Counted from the first letter of the whole stretch, positions 13,740-26,780 are shown. The stretch is 63,084 bases of DNA, filler included, from Octopus bimaculoides (GCF_001194135.2; 3 parts of 3 records of this genome joined end to end with filler, not necessarily neighbours in it); one strand, 5' to 3'. Made by a program: numbers and translations. The notes: a model not told the origin generated them from the letters alone.

Positions 13740-14890
13740 CATCCATTATGTCTATTTCTAGTCAGTCGAAACTTGGAGAAAGCCATCACATGTTCTGCTA
13801 GCGTTGCATACAGTGCTACACCACGCACAAAAAGTATCACATCGTTTCTCTTCATTTCACCAGACCCAGTATGCATGAATATGTACAAAGTACTTTACAA
13901 TAAGCTATTTAAACTGTCTTAAGCTAGTTATACGAGGTGGCAATTATAGCAGACAAAACTTCCTGGGATGAGATCAATCATTTTAAAATCATAACACTTT
14001 ATAGTAGTCATTATAATAGATTTCTTAAACCCGATCTAATTCTTCGAATCTCTAGATGAATAGGCTTTATATACACTGTGATCTCTTCCAGTTGTCTCGA
14101 ATTGGTATTACTCGGATTAGTATGGGTTATTATGGTTCCATCATTGGGAGTTGTGTGTGCGTTATTATTAGACCTAGTAGAGTTTGGAGGATATAGTTTA
14201 TGTTTAGCGGAATTAGTAGAATTATTGTTATAGGTATTTGTATCTTTGTAGAATTTATTTAATTTCCTGTTGTAAATTTATGGTATAATTGTAAATAAGT
14301 TAGGATTTAGACTAGAATCAACCTTCACAGATTTGTGGTTTATGATTTCATTATATTTTTTATCGATGCTAAAGTATTTATGAATGACTTTAAATATAGA
14401 TTTGACAATGTTATTTTTAATTTGTATTGTCTATAGAATAGCTAGCCAAATGTTACTAGATTTATCATAGTGATTGTTGTTTAGAGGAATTTGAAATTAC
14501 TTTTATTTTTATTAGTGTTATGTAAAATGAGTATTTGGTTTATTATCATTTAGAGCATTATATTGAATAGCGATGGTACTGGTATTGGCGGTAATTAATT
14601 GGTTATTCATATCAATATGCGTATTAATTATGCTTTTTTTTTTTCATTGTGGAGAGCATTATAATTGTAAATTTATGGATTTTGTTCATCTTGGGTTTAT
14701 GCTGTAATTTAATATTGTTTTTTTTTTTGTTATATTATGTCTGTTATTATTAGGTTGATTTGAAATAATTTGGGGCTTGTTATCGTTATCAATTTCTTGA
14801 TAATATGTATTTGGATTGCTATTTATATGCTTATTTTTGCTTACATTTCTTCTTCGTTTTAAGGTTGTACAACCTTCCACAGTTTGCATC
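13740..14890 (-). mobile_element. Decayed Penelope-like element (RT-endonuclease linker and GIY-YIG region)
   Basis: Minus strand IWL..*TIQIKNNIVKSIFKVIHKYFSIDKKYNEIINHKSVKVDSSLNPNL resembles the PLE linker IWFNPP..TNIGK.F..LI.KHF..KIFN..VK.SYSC.PN, preceded by an Asn-rich stretch; KRCDTFC near 13830. Boundaries approximate. Confidence 0.6.
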
Positions 14891-15129
14891 TACTTCCTTC
14901 TCGCATTTTATCGTTGTACTTCCATTCTATCGTTCCCTTTATAGCTTACGTCATATAAGCACAGCCTCAGGATTGCGTGAAGGCATCAGGCGTGTTAGAA
15001 GATAGTGTCTGATTTGTTTTCACAGTATCGAACTCATAGTACCTCATAGAAATATATATCATGTCTATTTAAAAAAATATTTATATCTCACCAGATGGAG
15101 CACATTTTTTGATCTTACCATCACTGAAG

Positions 15130-15132
<3 letters not shown>

Positions 15133-15189
<57 letters not shown>

Positions 15190-15410
15190 AACACACACAC
15201 CACACACACATACATACATACATACATACATACATACACACACATATATATATATAAGAAAGATAGATAGATAGATAGACAGATACATGCATACATATAT
15301 ATTTACACACACACATATATATAGACACATATACATATACGTATATACTTATATATGCCTATGTGAGTATGTGTATGTGTGCGTGTGTGTGTGTGTGTGT
15401 ACTAATGTAT
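15133..15410. repeat. Compound microsatellite (CA)/(CATA)/(GATA)/(GT)
   Basis: Read directly from sequence. Confidence 0.95.
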
Positions 15411-17553
15411 GTGTATACACGACTCCCCACCTTTTGCTCTATTTTTCCTACTTCTTCCTGCACTAAACACTCAGTCAATCCTTCCCAGAAGATTTTACAG
15501 CTGGAATTATTTTGCCATTCATGTACTCTCTCCAGCCGTCCATTATAAAATTCATTTCATTAGAACTGGAGACCCGGCTAACTTCACTACAGAAGAAAAA
15601 TTATAAACAAAACTTGTATACACATATTAGTTCATTGGTGCGAATATGATATATGCTTCCGCACTTAAATCTACGCGGGAGTGTTTGTAAATGTTTATAT
15701 ATGTTTACATATATACATGTGTCTGTGTGTATGTGTGTGTGTGTGTGTGTGCCTATATCTACGTATGTATACGTACATTGACAGGCATATATGTAAGACA
15801 GTCAGTTATATAGACAGAAAGAAATATAAATGATACGATGTATAGATAGGTAATTAATCACTCACCTTATCTGACTCAACGTTCTCAACAAAGATACAAT
15901 ATTTTTACATACGGTGCGGTACACTTAGCAGGATGAACTCTTGTGAACCAGTGAGAGACATAGTGAATTATGAAATATATGTAAACCAGGTGTCATATAT
16001 ACAGCACAAATATCATCGGTGCAAACATAACTAATAGCTTTGGTCAGAATATTACACTTGATTCTGAAATTTATTATAGGCCGGAAATTTCTCCTATCTT
16101 AATGGCAATTGCTTAGCGAAAGTCATGATGGGGCAACAGAAAATTCAATAGGTGATAATATTGTCAAAGCTGCAAGTAATTTTCAAATTTCTTTCTGAGA
16201 CGAAATATGTGAAACACCCGTTCAGTCCTCAAGTGCACACCATCTTTTCCAGTATGTGATATTCGTGATCAAAAGAGAGCACCGTTGACAGCAATAAATC
16301 CTTAGTGAATGTAATAGCACAGCATTACATGTTCGTACGGGAGAAAACCGCGTAACGACTAAATAAGGTTAAAGAATTTGTGAAATACTGACATGAAATA
16401 TTTGATTGTACAAAGTAAGATAAAAAATACTTAAGACCTTATGCGTGGCTTAGCTGGTGGTTAAAAAGCTTTGCTTTGTCACAGATTTCTAGCTTCGACC
16501 TCACATTGTAGTACTTTGGTTTAATATCTAGTAAATCGTTACGTCAATTCATTCCTCCAAATTGAAATTGGGCTAGCATTGATATCGCTACTCTCGCTAA
16601 CGTCTGAGGACGTAACATTGATGAGGCTAGGGAAGACCGAAGTAACGAGATCTGTTAGATCGGTGGTGATGATGTCAGGTAATTTATATCCCCGCTAGTG
16701 ATGTAAACAAGAGCGCTTGTATATACTGAAATCCAAAGCAAGAGTTCCTCTCATGGTAATTATCTCATTATCCAGTGTTTTAATATGACATCTGCATTTA
16801 ACCGGGGACAACTGTTACCGTTTTTTATTAATACTACCGCTGACGTTAATAATCATTTGTTAGTATTTGTTTGTGTTTAGTTACTTGTCTATACATCGTT
16901 TGGTAGCTGTTGTCTTTTAATATAAAGTGTTAAAGTGTAATCAACTATATTTTAAATATAGGCTGAAATACCTAATATGTCAAGGTTATGCATATGAAAT
17001 CATATTCACGATGTGATACACACTACGTGAGCTCTCATCAAAGACTGGTCCTCACACCACTACACTTTTGACTTCAGGGATATTCATGTCCCACATATTT
17101 TGTAGCAATACCGCCCAGAGCTTCGTGAAGAGGGCCGTTTTCCTCTAATCTGGACAACTCTCCAGGATCATATATCGAAGAAGAAAGAAGACAAAATTTC
17201 CAACATCAGAACCAATGAATGAGGATAATGATCAGAATGGCCGAACATGTAAACTAGTAAAATGTCAACGAAAAGTAAACTAAACGAGAGTATTCTATTA
17301 CAATTCCTTCTCCTAATACTTCCTATCACATTTCACATACAGAAGACGTGGTGTATGATATTACAGTGCATGGATCTCTTACCAGGGAATAGAGATCAAC
17401 CCTAATCGAAACCACGTCACGAATATTAATTATTTCACCATATATTTCAATGTATTCTGTTCTTCAAGCATAGCATACATTTTATTTCACTAAAACTATC
17501 TCCTTCTTCGCAATTTTACAATGCAATATATGTGTGTGTGTATATATATATAA

Positions 17554-17584
<31 letters not shown>

Positions 17585-18581
17585 NNNNNNNNNNNNNNNN
17601 NNNNNNNNNNNNNNNNNNNNNNNNNNNNNNNNNNNNNNNNNNNNNNNNNNNNNNNNNNNNNNNNNNNNNNNNNNNNNNNNNNNNNNNNNNNNNNNNNNNN
17701 NNNNNNNNNNNNNNNNNNNNNNNNNNNNNNNNNNNNNNNNNNNNNNNNNNNNNNNNNNNNNNNNNNNNNNNNNNNNNNNNNNNNNNNNNNNNNNNNNNNN
17801 NNNNNNNNNNNNNNNNNNNNNNNNNNNNNNNNNNNNNNNNNNNNNNNNNNNNNNNNNNNNNNNNNNNNNNNNNNNNNNNNNNNNNNNNNNNNNNNNNNNN
17901 NNNNNNNNNNNNNNNNNNNNNNNNNNNNNNNNNNNNNNNNNNNNNNNNNNNNNNNNNNNNNNNNNNNNNNNNNNNNNNNNNNNNNNNNNNNNNNNNNNNN
18001 NNNNNNNNNNNNNNNNNNNNNNNNNNNNNNNNNNNNNNNNNNNNNNNNNNNNNNNNNNNNNNNNNNNNNNNNNNNNNNNNNNNNNNNNNNNNNNNNNNNN
18101 NNNNNNNNNNNNNNNNNNNNNNNNNNNNNNNNNNNNNNNNNNNNNNNNNNNNNNNNNNNNNNNNNNNNNNNNNNNNNNNNNNNNNNNNNNNNNNNNNNNN
18201 NNNNNNNNNNNNNNNNNNNNNNNNNNNNNNNNNNNNNNNNNNNNNNNNNNNNNNNNNNNNNNNNNNNNNNNNNNNNNNNNNNNNNNNNNNNNNNNNNNNN
18301 NNNNNNNNNNNNNNNNNNNNNNNNNNNNNNNNNNNNNNNNNNNNNNNNNNNNNNNNNNNNNNNNNNNNNNNNNNNNNNNNNNNNNNNNNNNNNNNNNNNN
18401 NNNNNNNNNNNNNNNNNNNNNNNNNNNNNNNNNNNNNNNNNNNNNNNNNNNNNNNNNNNNNNNNNNNNNNNNNNNNNNNNNNNNNNNNNNNNNNNNNNNN
18501 NNNNNNNNNNNNNNNNNNNNNNNNNNNNNNNNNNNNNNNNNNNNNNNNNNNNNNNNNNNNNNNNNNNNNNNNNNNNNNNNN
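17585..18581. other. Assembly gap (largest in window)
   Basis: Run of N flanked by (TA)n. Other gaps lie near 21383, 22916, 35388, 46241, 54869, 58187 and 59308. Confidence 0.99.
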
Positions 18582-18849
18582 TATATATATATATATTACT
18601 TTATTTCAAAAATACAATTCCACACTATGGCTGAATAAACATAAGCGTGACCCGATTAAATGACTTTATAGCGAAATAACTAATAGACATCACCGTAGGT
18701 GATCTGAAAGTCGTATTTCTTCAACTCTTTGCTTTTATATGTATAAGCTGAGAATCATAATGTAGTAAAGTGAATTGTATTCACGCATAAAAATACACAC
18801 GTATACGCACATTGTATAAATGCATTATACATAGTTACATACATATACA

Positions 18850-18883
<34 letters not shown>

Positions 18884-21494
18884 CATGTAGATACATATAT
18901 GTACCTATATATGTATATGTGTGTGTGTGAGTATGTGTATTTGTGTGTTGGAGCATGTGTGCGCATGCTTGTGTATGGCACAATGTTAGCTGAAGTGTTT
19001 TATATGCTCTAAAATATGTTTGTATGTTTGGGAAATCTGAGGGTGTTAATGTGGAAATGATAAAACGAGTGATATAAGAGGTGTTATCAATTCGATTATA
19101 GATTGCACAGTTATACTGCGACCTACTGTTTATTGCGTTTATTATGACAGGATATGTCGTCTCAATTGTCTGTGTTGTTAGAAGAATTGGTTTTCTTTCA
19201 AAGTCACTCTTTGCTTTAACACTTATACCCTCACTATAGACTTGAAGGCACTTTCGTTTTTCATTTAAAAAGAAAAAGTTAAAGCTAACTGACAAACTAT
19301 TTTAGATAAATGTGTATCATTTTATATCTACTTCAAAACTTACGGTACTCAGTCGTTTTCTTACAGTATTCTCTGGTCTTTAAAGAAATGTCTGTAGGAA
19401 CATTTATAATTTTTATCATGTTAGTCGTCTGTTTCACGCTTTTTCATCACATGAATTGTCGTGTGTTACTTGAACGTATTAAAAATATCTGTCTGTGAAA
19501 GAAAATTTAATAAGCTTTTATTTACTTTATATTGCCCCTTAAGCATTATATATTACACATACACATTTATATATACATGTACATTTGTGCATGTGGTTTT
19601 CTCTATTTATTTGTTTGTGTATATGTTATTATTTGGCTGAAGCCATCTGCCACTATTTTGATTTACACTAATTCTCATTCAATCTAGCAGGCATGGAGGA
19701 TTCTAATATGCCAAAAAATTACATGACATGCTACATATTATGACGGTGAGTAGTAAACGTGTTCGTTAACAACATAGTCTATTTTACTCGTAGACAACAG
19801 TAACGCATAATTAGTACAAAGTTTTAAATGAAAAGTTTATTGTTTTAGAGAGAAATAACCACATCTCGATACCGAAAGTCGACGATATCATAAAATTAAG
19901 TGCATGAGGCTGAAACTCGAGATTTCAGTCGGGAAAAATAAACTGGCCATTTACTGTGGTTATTGTATCTTTTTGTATCTTTTTAACTTTGTAACAATAT
20001 TTCATGTTATTGTCGTTGCTCCTCTTGGGAACACGTATGTTGCAAGATCTAGTCAATTGGGTATCTTATATGTCACGATTATAAAGCATGCTTGCTCTGG
20101 GCTGAATTGAAATCAAGTATTCAACTCTACACACAGAAATACAGTGCATGTCAAAAATGCAAATTTTACCTATATTTTATCAAGACGATGTACTTGGATA
20201 TATTCTTTGTCTTATTAGACTATCGAATAGCTCCTCAAAAATACCTATATAAATATATAGTATATTATAACAATTATCTTACTCTACTTTCGTTCCATCT
20301 GAAAAACTTAGTAAAATATGATATACTTTTTATGTATAGTTTATTTTCTCTTTATCTAAGAAATGATAATAGACTATAATTATCGTAGCTCAATGTTTGT
20401 ATTTATTATATTTACGGAGTTTTATCCTCTGATAAACTAAATAAATGGGACTTTTTTACTCGTTGGTTACTTAGAATATTGTTTATATCAGTAACAATAA
20501 ATAAACGTGAGTACTTATTATTCATTATATATTATCATTATGTTATATATAATTGTATATATATTTTTGAGTAATCATCCATATTTCCACGTGTATAAAC
20601 ACATACGTTTATAGAATAAAAGATATTGGTTTAACATATTTTATTTCCGTTGTAAAATTACGTATAACTCTGATAATTTACTTATCTATATATCATTATA
20701 TATTATTAAAATGGCCAGTGATTACGTTCGATTTAAATACAGGCTAAGATTACTGGACATATATAAACACTTTTTATGACCGTTGTAATGTTCTTTACTT
20801 AATTGTTTTATCCATTTGAATTTTGCTGTTATTTCATTGTAATTATTATGTATTTGAATTTTAACGCTCCCACTCCTAAACATAGGTATTTTAAATCAGT
20901 ATATGTTTGAAACTTAGCAGTCCTTTACGTGAAATTTCTCTGCGATATGAACCAAGGCCCTGAAGGGACTTGCATACGTAGATAGGAATATTCTATAAAT
21001 TAACTAATGTATATAAGACGAAACAAATTGTTGGGTTTATAATTTTTTAAAACTTTGTTATGTTGTATTATATTATATTTTTTATACTATATTATATTAT
21101 ATTATAATATAACTAAATTTCTCTATTTCATTTAATATCTGTATTTTGTATTTATACCCCTTCTTTCTGTGGTATTCAACTGCTTCACCGGTAATTTGAT
21201 GTTTTACATCCCTTTGAAGGAATTGTTTTTTTACTCCGTGTGTTTTATTATAATATATACAGGTATAATACATGTATAGGTGACAAAGGAAACAAAAGAT
21301 GAATTTAATACGAAACATTAGAGTTTCGTCATAAATCCATCTTCCATTTCCTTTAGCATTCATAAACTCAATATATATATATNNNNNNNNNNNNNNNNNN
21401 NNNNNNNNNNNNNNNNNNNNNNNNNNNNNNNNNNNNNNNNNNNNNNNNNNNNNNNNNNNNNNNNNNNNNNNNNNNNNNNNNNNNNNNNNNNNNA

Positions 21495-22304
21495 TATTGG
21501 GTCATCCCATAAATAATGTGGTTATTTCAATTGCATGAAATTTAGTTCAGAGGGGGACGGGATAAACTACAAGCATCAACTTCCTATAAAATCTGGCAGT
21601 AAGAATACTTTGGTCTTATTCTTCGTGCAACATTTGAAGAGAGCAGTTCGATTTGAACAGTTATTTTTTCAAAGTTATAATGGAAGTGACAAAGGAGCAT
21701 ATTCGGCATATTTTACTTTATGAGTTCAATAAAAGCAACAGCGAACGGGAAGTGCAAGGAATATTAATGAAGTATATGGGGATCGGACAATAAGCGTAAG
21801 CCAGTGTCAACGGTAGTTCCAGAAATTCTGAGCCGGAAAGTACAGGCTAGAGAACGAACATATTCCTCGAAGACCCATATAGCTTGACGAGAACGTCCTG
21901 CAAACACTGGTGGAACAAACTTTTTAGAAACCAGCTAAGAAGCTTGGATTTGGTCGTACCACCATTCATCAACACCTGCATGCCATTGGAAAAGTCAGTA
22001 ATTTGGGTCAGTGGGGTCTTCACAAACGTTCCGAGTTTAATTGCATGCAGAGAGTGAATGTGGGCTCTTCTCTGTTCTCACATCACACGAAGAAACATTT
22101 TTGGGACCGAATACTTACTGGAGCAGTAGTTTTCGTCACGGACAAGTGCATTTTATAAGTGGGGCCTTGCAAGTCTACCAGATAGATGGAAGAACATTGT
22201 AGAAAATGAAGGAGACTATATTTTAGATTAAAAAACAACTTTGTTTAATTTTTTTAAATTAAACGAAGTATAAAAAATCGCATTCTTGACGGGATGATCC
22301 AATA
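21495..22304 (+). mobile_element. Internally deleted mariner element with both TIRs
   Basis: TATTGGGTCATCCCATAAATAATG at left and CATTCTTGACGGGATGATCCAATA at right form imperfect TIRs with TA ends; ATG at 21680 gives MEVTKEHIRHILLYEFNK..SARNINEVYGDRTISVSQCQR*FQKF (mariner helix-turn-helix). Confidence 0.9.
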
Positions 22305-22367
22305 AATGTATATATACATATACAAATATATATATATGTATGTGTGTGTGTATATATGTATGAATTT

Positions 22368-22531
22368 ATGTTTCTGTGTTTGTCTTCCTACCATCACTTC
22401 ACAACCGATGTTGGTGTGTTTAAGTGCCGTAGCCTGGGAGTTAAGCAAAAGAGACTGGTAGAATAAATATTAAGCTTACAAAGAATAAGTCCTGCAGTCG
22501 ATTTGTTCGACAAAAGGCTGTGCTCCAGCAT
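22368..22531 (+). mobile_element. SINE family D, 3' fragment
   Basis: Aligns with 58425-58585. Confidence 0.75.
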
Positions 22532-22560
22532 ACATTCATTTCATATATATATATACACAC

Positions 22561-22743
22561 ACAAGGGGTTGCTGAAAAGTCCATGCCTTTAACTGTATCG
22601 CGAAAGGTCAGAATTGAGGCCTAACTTTTTTGGCTCTTTTACACGGCCGCCGCAATAAGTGTGAGAATCTGAGAGTGGAATACGTTGAATAAAATCAAAT
22701 TTAACTGACCTTCCTGCTAAGAAATTTTGAGCGCCTCCTCGTA
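22561..22743. mobile_element. Short non-autonomous Tc1/mariner derivative (MITE-like)
   Basis: Left end ACAAGGGGTTGCTGAAAAGT and right end AATTTTGAGCGCCTCCTCGTA form degenerate TACGAGGGG-type TIRs. Confidence 0.55.
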
Positions 22744-22806
22744 TATGTATCAAACACTCTCACATATAAAACATTTTTACATATTCATATATTGACGTCA
22801 TTCTTC

Positions 22807-22869
<63 letters not shown>

Positions 22870-22959
22870 CCTATCTATCATCATGGACGGACGGTAGACA
22901 CATCGGCTCCCATGTNNNNNNNNNNNNNNNNNNNNNNNNNNNNNNNNNNNNNNNNNNNN

Positions 22960-22971
22960 TTAATTAATTAA
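22960..22971. other. Assembly linker TTAATTAATTAA
   Basis: Palindromic 12-mer with stops in all six frames, isolated inside N runs; identical copy at 46285-46296. Confidence 0.9.
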
Positions 22972-23015
22972 NNNNNNNNNNNNNNNNNNNNNNNNNNNNN
23001 NNNNNNNNNNNNNNN

Positions 23016-23068
<53 letters not shown>

Positions 23069-23084
23069 CACGTATATGTATATA

Positions 23085-23595
23085 TCTATAAATACAAGTT
23101 ATCTGATGGATGTCTGTTTGTGTCAAATTGCCGTCTACACTTGTTAACAAATTTTCATGAAACTTTGCGAACATGTTCAAATAACATCCAGTTTGTTACT
23201 AGGCTCATTGAAGGTTAATAAAAATCTATAACTGGATGGCTAGGGCCCCTAGGAGGGGTCTACATATATCACCAATATATTTTCCTTTAACAGCCAACGG
23301 AAATAACCCATTCATTTTACTTTGATCACCCTAAACACTACCAACCTCAAAGTTAATGACCAAAGGATGAAAATTGACAACAGGTGGATCGTGCCTTACA
23401 ACCCATTGCTGTCTAAAACCTTGCAGGCCCATATTAATTTTGAGTCATGTAACTCTATAAAATGTTTCAAATATGTATGTAAATACATCAATTAGGGCTC
23501 AGATATGGTAGTTTTGGGACTTGAACAAGAGGACAGGCAGGCAGAGGAAATTCAGCAATTTAAGATGGGCAGGTATATTTCCTCTAACGAGGGCT
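23085..23595 (+). mobile_element. Helitron remnant (5' terminus plus Rep-domain fragment)
   Basis: Translation IDNRWIVPYNPLLSKTLQAHINFESCNSIKCFKYVCKYIN*GSDM..EEIQQFKMGRYISSNE matches the Helitron Rep motif (IDNRWVVPYNP..AHINVE.C.S..SIKY..KY..KGSD..RYISSNEA); a TC-starting 5' end lies at 23085. Confidence 0.85.
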
Positions 23596-23629
23596 TCGGA
23601 ATCCAATCTCTCTGTACATCTTGAAACTG

Positions 23630-23706
23630 GCCATGCAATGGGACTGAACCTGGAATCATGTGGTTGGTAAGCAAGCTACTTACCACACAGCCATGCCTGC
23701 ACCTAT
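23630..23706 (-). mobile_element. SINE family D, tRNA-like head
   Basis: Reverse complement matches 58105-58186. Confidence 0.8.
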
Positions 23707-23709
23707 ATG

Positions 23710-23801
<92 letters not shown>

Positions 23802-23997
23802 ATTATGTGTATATGTATGTATATTATGTGTATATATATATGTATGTATATTATGTGTGTTTATATATATTTGTGTATATATATATTTGTGTATATATGT
23901 ATACTATGTGTGTATATATATATATTATGTATATGTATATATTATGTATATATTATGTATATTGTAAATATTATATATATTATATATGCATATATAT

Positions 23998-24331
23998 GTG
24001 GAGGCGTAATGGCCAGGTGGTTGGGGCAGCGGTCGTAGGATCGCAGTTTCGATTCCCAGACCAGGCGTTGTGTTTATTGAGGATAGTGGCGAACCCTGCT
24101 GTACTTTTTCACCACATCTTTCTCTCACTCTTTTTTTCCTGTTTTTGTTGTACCTATATTTCAAAGGTCCAGCCTTGTTACACTCTGTGTCACACTAAAT
24201 CTCCCTGAGAAATACATCAAGGTCACACATGTCTGTGGAGTACTCAGCCACTTGCACATTAATTTCACGTGCAGGCTGTTTCGTTGATCGGATCAACTGG
24301 AACCCTCGTCGTTGAAACGACGGAGTGTCAC
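23998..24331 (+). mobile_element. tRNA-headed SINE, family B
   Basis: Head GGAGGCGTAATGGCC..GTTTCGATTCCCAGACC; 3' part matches the reverse complement of 7649-7800. Confidence 0.8.
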
Positions 24332-24739
24332 GACGTATATATATTCCTTTTTCTTTTATTTGTTTAAGTCATTTAACTGCAGCCATGCAAATATGTAGAT
24401 ATATTTATGCGTGCGTGTGTCTATGTATATATATATGATATCTATATATGTTGTTTTTAGTTGGGCTATCAGGCTGTAATGTGCCTGAGTAGAAACGTCT
24501 GCTGGTGCACAACCTATCAGCGAGAGACAACCGCGAGTAGAACTGTGTGGACGCAATAACCTAATTGTTTGTTATCTATTCGACACCTTAGTAGATGTAA
24601 TAAGGTTGAATCTAATCAATAAAGGATAAGTAATAGAAGAATGTACGTTACTATTCCCAATGTAAGGATGGTACATGATCAAAGAAAATCAGGAACATTA
24701 AGGCAAGATCAACAAATCTTGACCTTACAAGGCATTCTC

Positions 24740-24930
24740 GATTTCATTATCAGTAAAACTGTCCTAGCTTGCGTTTAAAATTATTGATATTTTGTGTGGC
24801 TTTGAGATCTTCAGGCAAACCATTGTATGCAGAACATGCAACAAAATTCAATATGTTCTCCAATCTATTTAGAATAATCCTATCGATGAATAATCTATTC
24901 GGATTTCTATTTTCTCTACCGTTTACTTCG
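24740..24930 (-). mobile_element. Possible CR1/L2-type LINE 3' end
   Basis: Minus strand ..VACSAYNGLPEDLKATQNINNFKRKLGQFY* resembles the W/YN.LP....FK..L terminus of CR1-group RT proteins. Confidence 0.45.
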
Positions 24931-25165
24931 AAGTTGCTAGTTTTCCTGGATAAGAACAACACATACATATCAAGTTGGCGTTCATGAGAAAATAACGATA
25001 GCTTTTTCGCATTGATTTGAAAGGTGTGAATGAGTGAGTAAGAGAGAGAGAGAGAGAGATCTAGTGGAAAGATATGTGTGGACTTCAGCCCCTCATTCAA
25101 CTCGTTCTTGGGATAAACCGTCATGGGAAATACCGTACTATTCTTTTGTATTATTAGTGGTCGGG

Positions 25166-25571
25166 TAAGGTGGCGAGCTGGCAGAAACGTTAGCGTGCCG
25201 GTTGAAATGCTTGGCAGTATTTCGTCTGCCGCTACGTTCTAAGTTCAAATTCCGCCGAGGTCGACTTTGCCTTTCATCCTTTCGGGGTCGATTAAATAAA
25301 TACCAGTTACGCACTGGGGTCGATATAATCGACTTAATCCGTTTGTCTGTCCTTGTTTGTCCACTCTGTGTGTAGCCCCTTGTGGGCAGTAAAGAAATAG
25401 GTATTTCGTCTGTCTTTATGTTCTGAGTTCAAATTCCGCCGAGGTCGACTTTTGCCTTTCATCCTTTCGGGGTCAATAAATTAAGTACCAGTTGCGTACT
25501 GGGTCGATCTTATCGACTGGCTCCCTCCCACAAAATTTCGGGCCTTGTGCCTAGAGTAAAAAAGAATTATT
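25166..25571 (+). mobile_element. SINE family A, dimeric copy
   Basis: Full head and core (25166-25401) followed directly by a second headless unit with the same GAGTTCAAATTCCGCCGAGGTCGACTTTGCCTTTCATCC core. Confidence 0.9.
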
Positions 25572-25869
25572 AGTAGTCATGTTTACTGTGCGACTATTAT
25601 TATTCTGAAATACTGACAGTAACATTCGCGGTCTCTGTATTCGAAAATGGGGGATTCTGTAAAAAGAAAAAACAAAAAAAACAAAACAAAGGGGGTGTGG
25701 TCCACATTCTTTACATCCACCGCAGTATTTAGTTGCAGTCCTTTATGTTTTGAGTTCAAATCCTTTCACAGTTTGCTTTGTCTATATTCCTTCTGGAGGT
25801 CAATATAATAAAATACAAGTGAAGTACTGCCTTATATAAAGAATCCAAGATATAGAACCGACAGAGAGT

Positions 25870-26570
25870 CGGGAAAATGCCTTGTGGTGTTTAGCTACAG
25901 CTCTTTACATTCTGGGTTCAAATCCCTACAAAATCTACTTTGCGTTTCATTCCTCTGAGATCGAACTGCTGTACCCTTCTCTTTCCCTATGGGACATGGA
26001 AAGCTATTCTAAAATTCCTCTGGTGTAATGACATACTAGTCAAGTACTGCGGCGGATGTTTGTGTGTGTGCATTTGTGCTCATGTAAAGCAGCCAAGATA
26101 TGAATGGAGTTATAATAGAAGACCAGGCAGAGGCTACCTTTCTGGCTTGTCGGCAGTGGTTGAATTCAAAAGCGTGCAACAGCGTCATTAAGAGAAAATA
26201 TGACATAGAAATTTAGGTTGGTGTTCTAACATTTGTGCAAAATGATATGACACTTCACATTACACAAACTATTCAAACCAGTGAGAGAGCCTCAACAGAA
26301 ATAACAGCCAAATCTGCCTCAAACACCACCTCACCATCTTTAAAAAATGAAATGACATTGCATAATATTCTCATGGGTACATTGTCTACGTCTGCCAGGG
26401 TGAGGTAAGACAGGATGATCACTACTAGAATAACTCTGAATATAGTGCTGTATGGTCAGGGCAGATCTTGGTCTAAATAGGACAACACGAAACGACACAC
26501 TGGATAAATTGTCTTGGAATAAAAGACAAGATTGTCACGGCTAGAATGCCTTTTCATAGTGGGTCCGTCT
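25870..26570 (+). mobile_element. Highly decayed SINE-related repeat
   Basis: Contains TTCTGGGTTCAAATCCC and CTTTGCGTTTCATTCCTCTGAGATCGA, similar to the family A core; the extent of the rest is inferred. Confidence 0.35.
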
Positions 26571-26780
26571 GTTTTCTCAACCATTTTCGTTTTCTATAGC
26601 AAATGGAATATAATATATAATCGATTTAATTGACCTTGGTATATTATTGCTACTTATTTTTAGTGATATCCATATCAGTGAAATAGGTAAGAGCAATATA
26701 CTGTACATATATTTATGGATGAATGTATTGAATATATACGTGAATTTGAGAACATGCTTTGAGCTGCAGATTAGTTATAG

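Noticed and set aside
16520-16700. Short open frames on both strands and a TTGATGAGG..CCGAAG hammerhead-like look
   Set aside because: The core lacks CTGA and GAAA and has no helix II; the frames are about 50 codons with no recognisable motif.
22960-22971. TTAATTAATTAA palindrome, repeated at 46285-46296
   Set aside because: It sits alone inside N runs and has stops in all six frames, so it is an assembly spacer rather than biology.
23998-24065. Possible tRNA genes here and at 31035, 33945 and 58105
   Set aside because: A/B-box-like segments continue into shared SINE bodies and do not form full cloverleaves.
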